Shown in pieces: positions 7,926-15,663 of a stretch of 32,000 bases of DNA. The position numbers and the translations under genes are program-made. How positions within the stretch are numbered: the stretch's first letter is position 1; every line of letters begins with the position of its first letter. The DNA is from Kiritimatiella glycovorans. GTDB taxonomy: Bacteria > Verrucomicrobiota > Kiritimatiellia > Kiritimatiellales > Kiritimatiellaceae. The stretch is taken from contig NZ_CP010904.1 of assembly GCF_001017655.1 (NCBI RefSeq), positions 540,001-572,000 on the forward strand, in the 5' to 3' direction. A model generated the notes under the pieces. The model ran no database searches and had not been told where the DNA came from. It worked only from the letters and a program-made list of their open reading frames with translations.

Positions 7926-9629
7926 TCAGAGTTCGACCGTATGACGCAGCCCCTTGGATGAACGCCACTCGAGACGTTCGTCCTCCAGGATCAGCGCAGC
8001 GCGCTCCGGCGTGCATTCCAGCGTGATCGGCCGCTCCGGCGTGCGGTGGCGAAGTACGGCGGCACAGGTGACCGCCTTCTCGAGGCCGTCGCCGCGGCCG
8101 AAGTTCCACACCTCGTCCGGCTGCGCGGCTCGCGTCCCGTCGTAAATCGAGTCGTCGGGAAGACGGTCGAGATAGTCGCGCAGACCGTCAAGCGTCAGGT
8201 CCTTCGCCCCCTCGATACACACCGGGTTGCGCTCCAGCGCCGCCTTCATGAAGGGTTCCCAGTCGGTCGACGCAAGATCGCGGTAGGCGTAGAACGCCAG
8301 GTCGGCGGTCGCGCTCGCGGCGCGCAGCTCCGTCAGTCGGTCGATGACCTCCTCGCGGTTCATGTCGGGGTGGAGGTCGATGGCCGCTTCGGTTTCGTGT
8401 CTCTTGGCGGAGAGGTCGGGGAGGCGCGGTGCCACGTGAACGAACGCCGCCAGCCGCTCCAGGATTTCCGGCGCGCGATTGTGCGGGCACTGCATCCGCT
8501 CGGCCAGCGCGCGCAGCGAATCGCGGTCGTAGGAGCGGATCGGGTTCCGCTCCAGATAGTCGGCCAGCTCCTGCAGGCAGATGCGTCCCTCGAGCGGGTT
8601 GGAGTAGAACTCGTATTCATCGATCTCCGAGAGCAGGTGATCCGAAGTGGTGTCGTTCACGCGGTACGAGGACGCGTGTTCGTAATGATAGGCCGTTTCC
8701 GCGGGCAGGTAGCGCGTCTTCCCGTGATGTTCGTGGCGGAGCTGGAAGCACACCTGGAACTCCCGGTGCAGCCGCAGGAAATTGGCCAGCACCTCGTAAT
8801 CGATCCGTTCGCGCGTCAGGTAGGACTGCAGCCGGCCGGTGAATTGATCCCAGGCCTGTTCGTCGATCGTGCGCACGGGGTGGATCAGGTGGATCCAGCC
8901 CGTGGGGTGGGAGACGATCGTCACGCGTTCATTGCGCAGGGCGCGCTGGGCGCGGGCGCTGAGTTCGGTCCCGTTGTACCACATGGTTTTGGTGACGACG
9001 CGGCGGTTGTTGGTGAGGACTCCGTCGGCGACATCGATGAAGTTCTGCGAGTGCAGGGGCGTGGCCATCAGGTAGATCTGCTCGAGCGGGATACGGCACA
9101 CCACGAACAGGGCCGCCGCGTAGAGCGTCGAGAGCGAGACGCATTCGCCCGCGCCTTCCGTGTAACCCTCTTTGTGCCGGAAGGCGTGCATCGCCTCCAG
9201 CGTCTCCGTTTTCCAGTACGGGATGATGTCCTCTTCGTAGGAGTCGAGCCCGAAATGGCGGCGGATATCGATGTCGAAGTAGTACCGGTCGCCCTGGTAT
9301 CCGAACAGCGCATTGCTGCGGGCGATGGCCTCGGGGTCCATGAAGGGGCTGAACCGTTCGATTTCGCGGTTCTTGTGCGTCAGCCCCCAGGTCTCGAGGT
9401 CGAGGTTGAACTCGAAATGATCCATGATGAACTGCTTCAGCCGCATCACTTTCCTGTACGGGGTTTTGCGATCCAGCTTTCTGAACCAGCGGTCCCGGCG
9501 CCATTCCCACAGCAGTGGCGACATGATGTTCGCCAGCACCAGGGCATAGAGCAGGCGGGGAAAAACGAAGATCTCCATGTCGGAGAGCGTGACGGCCGAA
9601 GAATAACGTTCGAGTTCGTCCGCTTTCAT
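7926..9629 (-). CDS. Conserved-looking hypothetical protein (567 aa) with a candidate transglutaminase or papain-like Cys-His-Asp core
   Basis: Long ORF with non-repetitive, balanced composition. SD gggag lies 5 nt upstream of ATG 9629. The motif GAGECVSLSTLYAAALFVVCRIPLEQIYLMATPLHSQNFIDVADG (nt 9024-9152) resembles the G-x-C ... H ... D layout of transglutaminase-like proteases. Confidence 0.85.
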   Translation of the reverse strand: MKADELERYSSAVTLSDMEIFVFPRLLYALVLANIMSPLLWEWRRDRWFRKLDRKTPYRKVMRLKQFIMDHFEFNLDLETWGLTHKNREIERFSPFMDPEAIARSNALFGYQGDRYYFDIDIRRHFGLDSYEEDIIPYWKTETLEAMHAFRHKEGYTEGAGECVSLSTLYAAALFVVCRIPLEQIYLMATPLHSQNFIDVADGVLTNNRRVVTKTMWYNGTELSARAQRALRNERVTIVSHPTGWIHLIHPVRTIDEQAWDQFTGRLQSYLTRERIDYEVLANFLRLHREFQVCFQLRHEHHGKTRYLPAETAYHYEHASSYRVNDTTSDHLLSEIDEYEFYSNPLEGRICLQELADYLERNPIRSYDRDSLRALAERMQCPHNRAPEILERLAAFVHVAPRLPDLSAKRHETEAAIDLHPDMNREEVIDRLTELRAASATADLAFYAYRDLASTDWEPFMKAALERNPVCIEGAKDLTLDGLRDYLDRLPDDSIYDGTRAAQPDEVWNFGRGDGLEKAVTCAAVLRHRTPERPITLECTPERAALILEDERLEWRSSKGLRHTVEL

Positions 9630-9743
9630 GAATCTCCCGAATGTTAAGGGTGGGTTAGGTCAGCGCTTTGCCGGCACACGCAGGTCGTGCCGATTTTGCT
9701 TTGAACTGACGGAGGGAAACTATCATATTGCAGTTCCGTGTCT

Positions 9744-11048
9744 ATGAAGAACGACTCGCAACCCGGTCCGGAACAGTCCGAGGAGAGCACTCCGGACCTG
9801 CGGGAGCAATTGGCCGACCTGAATCTGGCACCCGACTGGGTTAAGCGCGATCCGAAGACGCCGTCGCCGCGAAAGGACACCGGCGGGAAGCCGCGCCGCT
9901 CCGGCGCCCGGAAAGCGGAGAGGAGGCCCGCGAGGAAGGAGACGCGGCCCCGGCGCGAAAGGCAGCCGAAGCGGGACTCCGCGAAGTCGAAGCCAACCGG
10001 GCGCGGCGGGGCGCGGCCTGCGCCCCCCGTCGAGCTTCCCTACCGCGTAACCTTTCTGCCCGACCAGAAGCGTCTGTCCGCGCTCGCGCAGCGGCTGCAC
10101 CGCTCGCGGCGCGCCTATCCGCTGGCCGCCCTGGCGGAGAAGTTTCTCTCTGATCCCCGTTTCTACCGCATTAAGCTGGAGTGCGAACGCGGAGGGGAGG
10201 CGCCGCCCCTGTTTCAGTGCCGGCAGTGCGGCTCGGTGGCGCGTTCGGAGGAAAGCGCGGTCGAGCACGCCGTGGCGGCGCATTTCAACGAGTATTATGT
10301 CTGCGAAGAGATCGAACAGCCGCCCCCGGAGGGACAGTTCAACTGCGTGGGACGCTGCGGCCTCTCCGGCGAGCTGCTGGGACCGCCCAACTATCACCTC
10401 TACCACCGCAGCGTCCGCGAGCTGTACGAGAGGCGCTTCGCCCACATGAGCTTCGAGGACTACGAGCGGAAGATCGAAGTCCTGCACGACGCGGAGCTGG
10501 TCGACCAGTGGAAGCAGCAGGCATGTACAACCCGCCGCTACCGGCTCCGCGAAGGGGCGGGGAGCGAGACGGCCGCGACGCTGGATCGCCCTGAAGCGGA
10601 ACAGCGGTTCCGCGAGCAGGTGGGCCCGGACCTGATCCGGAAGCTGCGCCGCGCGGTGATGCCCGCCGCCGCGATGGAGGGGATGACGGACCGCGACCTG
10701 CGGGCCTTTCTGCGTCGATTCGACGAGCGGGAGAAAAACTTTCCGCTGTCGATGATCATCTCGCTGCGCGCGGCGTTCAAGCATATGAAGCTGTACGTCT
10801 TCAAAATGGACGGCAAGGTGAACTACGTGAGCTCGATCATGCCGGCGGCGCTGAAGACCGGCAAGGTGGCCCCGGACATCGAAGCCCTGATCGAGGAGAT
10901 CGGACGCGCGGACCGGTGCACGGCGGACGACCTGCTCCGCGGCGACGGCGATACGGATCGGAGCCGTTCGTCGGCACTGGGATGGCTGATCGATAAGGGA
11001 CACATCATTGAACGGCATGACGGAAGGCTCGTCCTTCCGCCGCGCTGA
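9744..11048 (+). CDS. Hypothetical protein with a Lys/Arg-rich N-terminal region and two tandem C2H2-type zinc-finger motifs
   Basis: FQCRQCGSVARSEESAVEHAVAAH (C-x2-C-x12-H-x4-H) and FNCVGRCGLSGELLGPPNYHLYH (C-x3-C-x12-H-x2-H) at nt 10212-10406. The basic low-complexity segment spans roughly residues 38-98. The start is ATG 9744 or GTG 9738. Confidence 0.85.
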   Translation: MKNDSQPGPEQSEESTPDLREQLADLNLAPDWVKRDPKTPSPRKDTGGKPRRSGARKAERRPARKETRPRRERQPKRDSAKSKPTGRGGARPAPPVELPYRVTFLPDQKRLSALAQRLHRSRRAYPLAALAEKFLSDPRFYRIKLECERGGEAPPLFQCRQCGSVARSEESAVEHAVAAHFNEYYVCEEIEQPPPEGQFNCVGRCGLSGELLGPPNYHLYHRSVRELYERRFAHMSFEDYERKIEVLHDAELVDQWKQQACTTRRYRLREGAGSETAATLDRPEAEQRFREQVGPDLIRKLRRAVMPAAAMEGMTDRDLRAFLRRFDEREKNFPLSMIISLRAAFKHMKLYVFKMDGKVNYVSSIMPAALKTGKVAPDIEALIEEIGRADRCTADDLLRGDGDTDRSRSSALGWLIDKGHIIERHDGRLVLPPR

Positions 11049-11077
11049 AGAACGTACCGCAGAAGGGATTGCTGAGT

Positions 11078-11881
11078 GTGACCATCCTCCAGATTCTCGT
11101 GCTGGCGCTCATTCAGGGCATCACCGAATTCATCCCCATCAGCAGTTCCGGCCATCTCGTGCTGGTCCGCCAGATGATGCACTGGTCGGATGAGGGGGGC
11201 GTCCTGCTCGATACCGTGCTCCACGCAGGCAGCCTGCTGGCGATCCTGGTCTATTTCCACCACGACTGGTGGAGTATGCTGCGGGCGCTGCTGCGGCCTG
11301 CCCGCATGACGGCCGAGGACCGCGGGCACCGGAAGACGCTGAGGATGCTCATTCTCGCGACGCTTCCGGTGGTCCTGGCCGGACCCTATCTCTACTCGCG
11401 CATGGCCGATGTCCGCCACGGGCATATCGTGGGGGCGGTGATGCTGAGCTGCGCCTTCTGCTTTATTTTCGCGGAATACTGGAAGCGGTCGCGACCGCCC
11501 GGGATCGGGTGGAAAACGGCGCTGGCGATGGGGATCGCCCAGATCTTCGCCCTGTTCCCCGGCGCTTCGCGCTCGGGCCTTACGACCAGTACCGGCGTCT
11601 TATGCGGAAAGGCGCGCACCGAGTCGGCGCGGTTCGCCTTTATGATGGCGGTGCCCGCCATCCTCGGCGCAATGGTGTTCCAGGTGTTCAAGCTGTTCGA
11701 CGGATCCATGGACGGTCTGCCGCTGCTCCCGCTCCTGGCCGGATTCGCGGTCTGCTTCCTCGTGTCCATGGCCTGCATCCACTTCCTGCTCCGGTTCTTT
11801 CGGAGACACACGCTTTCCACATTCGCCGTATACCTCTTCGCCGTCGGAAACCTGATCCTGGCTTTGGAAATCGGGTTCTGA
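11078..11881 (+). CDS. uppP: Undecaprenyl-diphosphate phosphatase
   Basis: ILVLALIQGITEFIPISSSGHLVL plus a PGASRSG motif and a polytopic membrane profile. GTG 11078 lies 10 nt after aaggga; the track start TTG 11069 is also possible. Confidence 0.9.
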   Translation: MTILQILVLALIQGITEFIPISSSGHLVLVRQMMHWSDEGGVLLDTVLHAGSLLAILVYFHHDWWSMLRALLRPARMTAEDRGHRKTLRMLILATLPVVLAGPYLYSRMADVRHGHIVGAVMLSCAFCFIFAEYWKRSRPPGIGWKTALAMGIAQIFALFPGASRSGLTTSTGVLCGKARTESARFAFMMAVPAILGAMVFQVFKLFDGSMDGLPLLPLLAGFAVCFLVSMACIHFLLRFFRRHTLSTFAVYLFAVGNLILALEIGF

Positions 11882-11885
11882 GGAC

Positions 11886-12224
11886 TCAGCGCAGTGCGTC
11901 GAGGGCATCGTCCAGCGCGGGGAGGATATCGAAGATATTCTGCGCGCGGGTGATGTCGAAGATGAGGCGGGCGGACGGGCGTACCGCGCACAATTTCAGA
12001 TCGCCGCCTTTCTGGATCATGGAGCGCAGCGCGGAGATCAGGGCCCCGAGCCCCACGCTGTCGAGCTGCGGGACGCCGCTCAGATCGACGACGCCGAGCG
12101 TGCAGGCGGATCGCCCGGCGCGCTCTTTGAAGAGAGTCCGGAATCGTTCGGCCCCCTGGCCGGCCAGCTCGCCGTCCGGGCGCGCGATGAGTACCCCGTC
12201 ACGCTCTTCAAATTGGACATCCAT
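11886..12224 (-). CDS. STAS-domain protein (anti-sigma-factor antagonist family)
   Basis: VVDLSGVPQLDSVGLGALISALRSMIQKGGDLKLCAV...IFDI is the typical SpoIIAA-like pattern, including the conserved Ser in DSVGLG. I prefer ATG 12224 (MDVQFEERDG) over 12263. Confidence 0.8.
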   Translation of the reverse strand: MDVQFEERDGVLIARPDGELAGQGAERFRTLFKERAGRSACTLGVVDLSGVPQLDSVGLGALISALRSMIQKGGDLKLCAVRPSARLIFDITRAQNIFDILPALDDALDALR

Positions 12225-12313
12225 AACGCGGTTGATAGTATGCGGAAGTGTACAGCCCGTCAACCAGTCGGCCGCCGAGCCGGATTCAGGGCGTGGTGCG
12301 AAAGGAGTTCGAC

Positions 12314-12904
12314 ATGGAGGATCAGAATGAAATGACCGGTCCCGCCTGGGATCGGTTTCGTGAAACCGGTGCGTTGCTCGAGGGGCATTTCGAGCTTCGT
12401 TCGGGCCTGCACAGCGACCGTTTTATCCAGGCGGCCATGCTGCTCCAGTATCCTCAGCATGCCGCCGAGGTCTGCCGGGCGCTGGCCGGGAAGCTGCGGG
12501 AAGCATGCCCGGCGATGGAGCCCGAGACGGTCATCGCTCCCGCCCTCGGAGGGATCGCGGTGGGCCATGAAATGGGCCGTGAACTGGGCACCCGCTTCAT
12601 CTTCGCCGAAAAAGAGGAGGGCGCTCTCGCCATGCGCCGGTTCAGGATTCGGGAGGGCGAGCGTTTTCTGGTGGCCGAGGACGTGGTGACCCGCGGCGGA
12701 CGCGTCCGGGAGACGATCGATATCGTGCGCGCGCACGGCGGGGTCGTGGAAGCCGTGGCGGTGCTCGTGGATCGCAGCGGCGGTACGATCGATTTCGGGG
12801 TGCCGATGATTGCGCTGCTCGAGTGCAGCCCGACCACCTGGAACCCCTCGGAGTGTCCGCTCTGCGCGAAAGGGGACCGGCCCGTACACCCGGGCAGCCG
12901 CTGA
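12314..12904 (+). CDS. pyrE: Orotate phosphoribosyltransferase
   Basis: LLEGHFELRSGLHSDRFIQ and the PRPP-binding loop FLVAEDVVTRGGRV. SD aaggag lies upstream of ATG 12314. Confidence 0.9.
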   Translation: MEDQNEMTGPAWDRFRETGALLEGHFELRSGLHSDRFIQAAMLLQYPQHAAEVCRALAGKLREACPAMEPETVIAPALGGIAVGHEMGRELGTRFIFAEKEEGALAMRRFRIREGERFLVAEDVVTRGGRVRETIDIVRAHGGVVEAVAVLVDRSGGTIDFGVPMIALLECSPTTWNPSECPLCAKGDRPVHPGSR

Positions 12905-12950
12905 TGCGAAAGGATGCACGGGTGCGGTCGCCGGAAGCTCCGTAACGCTC

Positions 12951-14072
12951 ATGAACCTCGTGGTCGCATTCGATTCGTTCAAAGGCACCATGAGTGCCGC
13001 CGAGGCCTGTGCCGCGGCGGCGGACGAGCTGCGGGCACGGCACCCGGGATGGCGGGTGGTCGAGGTCCCGATGGCGGACGGAGGCGAGGGTACGGCGGAG
13101 GCGCTGTGCGTCGCCCGCGGCGGCGCATGGAAGACGTGCCGGGTCACGGGCCCGCGGCCGGACCAAAGCGTGGAGGCCCGCTGGGTATGGATGGCCGCGG
13201 ACCGTACGGCCGTGATCGAGATGGCGGAGGCGGCGGGCCTGACGCTGCTTCAGGAGCGGGAGCGGGATCCGCTCGTCACCACCACCTTCGGCGTAGGTGA
13301 ACTGATGGCCGCCGCCGCGGCCGGGGGGGCGGAGCGTATCGAACTCGCCGTGGGCGGCAGCGCGACGGTGGACGGCGGTACGGGGGCGGCCGCGGCGCTG
13401 GGATACCGCTTCTCCGGGCCGGACGGACGCGATCTGCCGCCGGGCGGAGGCAGTCTCGAGCGGCTGGCGACGATCGTTCGCCCGTCTTCGCTCACGCTGC
13501 CGCCCGTCGAGGTCCTGTGCGATGTCGATAATCCGCTCTGCGGTCCGGAGGGCGCCGCCGCCGTGTACGCGCCCCAGAAGGGGGCTTCGTCGGAGGGCGT
13601 GGCGCGCCTGGAACGCGGATTGGGCCGTCTGGCCGAAGCGGTGAATACCGACGGTGTCTGTCCCCGCGGGCTGGAGCGGGCGGCCGGCGCCGGCGCGGCC
13701 GGCGGACTGGCCTACGGCGCGGCCGCGCTGCTCGGGGCGCGCCTGGTTTCCGGGGTGGATGCGGTGATGCGCGTGGCGCGACTCGAGGCACACTTGCGGG
13801 ATGCGGACTGGGTGCTCACCGGCGAAGGACGGCTGGACGAGCAGTCCGCGCGCGGCAAGGTGGTCGCCGGCGTCAGCCGCAAAGCCCGGGAACAGGGGGC
13901 CCGGGTTGCGGCGGTGGCCGGCGCGGTCTCGCTGCCGGAGCGTCACGCCCGCGAACTCGCGCTGGAGGAAATCGCCTCTCTGGAGGAGGCCTGCGGCGCG
14001 GAGACGGCGCGCCGCGATCCGCAGAAGGCCCTCAGGACCGCCGTGCGGAACTTGACTTTCCACGCCGAATAA
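12951..14072 (+). CDS. Glycerate kinase
   Basis: MNLVVAFDSFKGTMSAAEA...VPMADGGEGTAEAL...LTGEGRLDEQSARGKV are hallmark glycerate kinase motifs. Internal ATG 12951 chosen; the track ORF starts at 12810 and would overlap pyrE. Confidence 0.9.
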   Translation: MNLVVAFDSFKGTMSAAEACAAAADELRARHPGWRVVEVPMADGGEGTAEALCVARGGAWKTCRVTGPRPDQSVEARWVWMAADRTAVIEMAEAAGLTLLQERERDPLVTTTFGVGELMAAAAAGGAERIELAVGGSATVDGGTGAAAALGYRFSGPDGRDLPPGGGSLERLATIVRPSSLTLPPVEVLCDVDNPLCGPEGAAAVYAPQKGASSEGVARLERGLGRLAEAVNTDGVCPRGLERAAGAGAAGGLAYGAAALLGARLVSGVDAVMRVARLEAHLRDADWVLTGEGRLDEQSARGKVVAGVSRKAREQGARVAAVAGAVSLPERHARELALEEIASLEEACGAETARRDPQKALRTAVRNLTFHAE

Positions 14073-14114
14073 ACGACCCTTGCGGCTTTTGATGCACAAC
14101 GCTGTGAGAACCTT

Positions 14115-14582
14115 ATGACAGAGCAGAATCACGATCGGGAGCCGCCCGAGGAGCGGGTGGTGGACGATTTCTATTCGGGGACCTATTACCGTAAAAAAAG
14201 ACCGCGTTCATCGAACGGGCGCTCCTCGCGGAAGCGCGAGCGGCGGACGGATTCGTTTGATGAAAGCGGGGAGAAGGTACGCCGCCCCCGCAGCAACAAC
14301 CGCGGTATGGCGCGCCTGATGCGGCGCTTCAAGCGGTCCCCGGATTTCCGCATGAGGATGCTCTGGATCCTGGCCGGTCTGCTGATCGCGGCGATACTTG
14401 CGGTCGCGCTGATCGAGGATCTGAAATACCGGCGCATCGAGAAGCAGCGTCAGCGGGAAGAACTGGCGGAGGAGCGGGCCCGGGCGGCGAAGGAGAAGCC
14501 CGAGGACGAAGATGTCCGCGCGAGCGATAAGTTCCTGTTCGACCAGCTCCGCGAAATCGAAGGCGGCGCCGGAGAGGAATAG
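14115..14582 (+). CDS. Hypothetical single-pass membrane protein
   Basis: Arg/Lys-rich N-terminus, one TM segment (MLWILAGLLIAAILAVALI), charged Glu/Lys/Arg C-terminus. No family recognised. Confidence 0.6.
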   Translation: MTEQNHDREPPEERVVDDFYSGTYYRKKRPRSSNGRSSRKRERRTDSFDESGEKVRRPRSNNRGMARLMRRFKRSPDFRMRMLWILAGLLIAAILAVALIEDLKYRRIEKQRQREELAEERARAAKEKPEDEDVRASDKFLFDQLREIEGGAGEE

Positions 14583-14635
14583 TCCCGCTCCGTCCACCTG
14601 TTCTGTGCGCGAAGGCAGGCCCGTCCGGCCCTCAC

Positions 14636-15472
14636 TCAGGAGCGTGAGCCCGTGATCCGGCGCCAGAGGGCTCGAGCCCGCGCCCGCCACGAATCGAGCG
14701 GGGACCGCTTCTGAGCGTAGGGCGGGGGGCCGACGCTGATTTCCGTTTCCTCCACTCCGGGGTTCCCGTAGCGTTGCGGCCCGCCGAATCCTTCCCCGTA
14801 GAGCGGGTGATGCTGCTGGCGCACCAGCCGGTATTCCGCACCCGCCGCCTGGAAGATGAAGACCGCGATCAGGACCAGGATGAGATTGCCGTTGAAAAGG
14901 CCGACGATGCCGAAGACGACGGCCAGACTGCGGCCTATTTTCGAAGCGATGCGCGTGGCTTCCAGCCGTCCCTTGCGCGGGGTGAGCCACGCCCGGAAAA
15001 TGCGTCCCCCGTCCATCGGAAAAGACGGCAGCAGGTTGAACAGCGCCAGCACGAGGTTCAGCACGGCCAGCGACAGCGCGACGAAAGCAGCCAGTTCAAG
15101 CCCCAGCGATCCGGACAGCAGGTAGAGGCCGAAGGCCGCGGCGGACAGGCCCAAGCTGACCAGCGGACCCGCGATCGCGATTTTGAATTCGTCCGCGGGG
15201 TCGCGCGGCAGGTTGCTCATCTTCGCCATCCCCCCGATCGGGAGGAGCATGATTTCGCTTACGGTGCAGCCCTTGCGGAGTGCCACCCGCGAGTGTCCCA
15301 GTTCATGCAGCGCCACACTGGTGAACAGTCCGAGGGCGATGATGAGCCCCAGCGGCCCCTGCCACACGAGAAAGAGCAGCAGCATCAGCAGCAGCGTGAG
15401 GTGCACCTTGATCGGTATGCCTGCGACCGTCGCTATCCTGTAGGAGCCTTTGATCATGATAAAAACTGACAT
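14636..15472 (-). CDS. Site-2 protease family (M50) zinc metalloprotease
   Basis: HELGH motif (SVALHELGHSRVAL), LLPIGG, a later NLLPSFPMDGG motif, and multiple TM segments. The start is ATG 15472 or 15457; the track start 15646 lies in an unlikely Arg-rich extension. Confidence 0.85.
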   Translation of the reverse strand: MSVFIMIKGSYRIATVAGIPIKVHLTLLLMLLLFLVWQGPLGLIIALGLFTSVALHELGHSRVALRKGCTVSEIMLLPIGGMAKMSNLPRDPADEFKIAIAGPLVSLGLSAAAFGLYLLSGSLGLELAAFVALSLAVLNLVLALFNLLPSFPMDGGRIFRAWLTPRKGRLEATRIASKIGRSLAVVFGIVGLFNGNLILVLIAVFIFQAAGAEYRLVRQQHHPLYGEGFGGPQRYGNPGVEETEISVGPPPYAQKRSPLDSWRARARALWRRITGSRS

Positions 15473-15663
15473 GGTGATTAAGGGGGTGTTCAAAGACAAG
15501 GGAAAAGGTTCCCGCTGAATCCGGAACGCGGCCGGTCTCGAAATCGAACGCTGCTCTCTTGCATGCTCGCGGCAACCCTGTAAGGTGTGAAGGCTCAACA
15601 ACAGGGCGCGCGGGCGACCACGAACGTCCGCGCCGCGCAGATGCACTTCAACCGGGAGGACTT

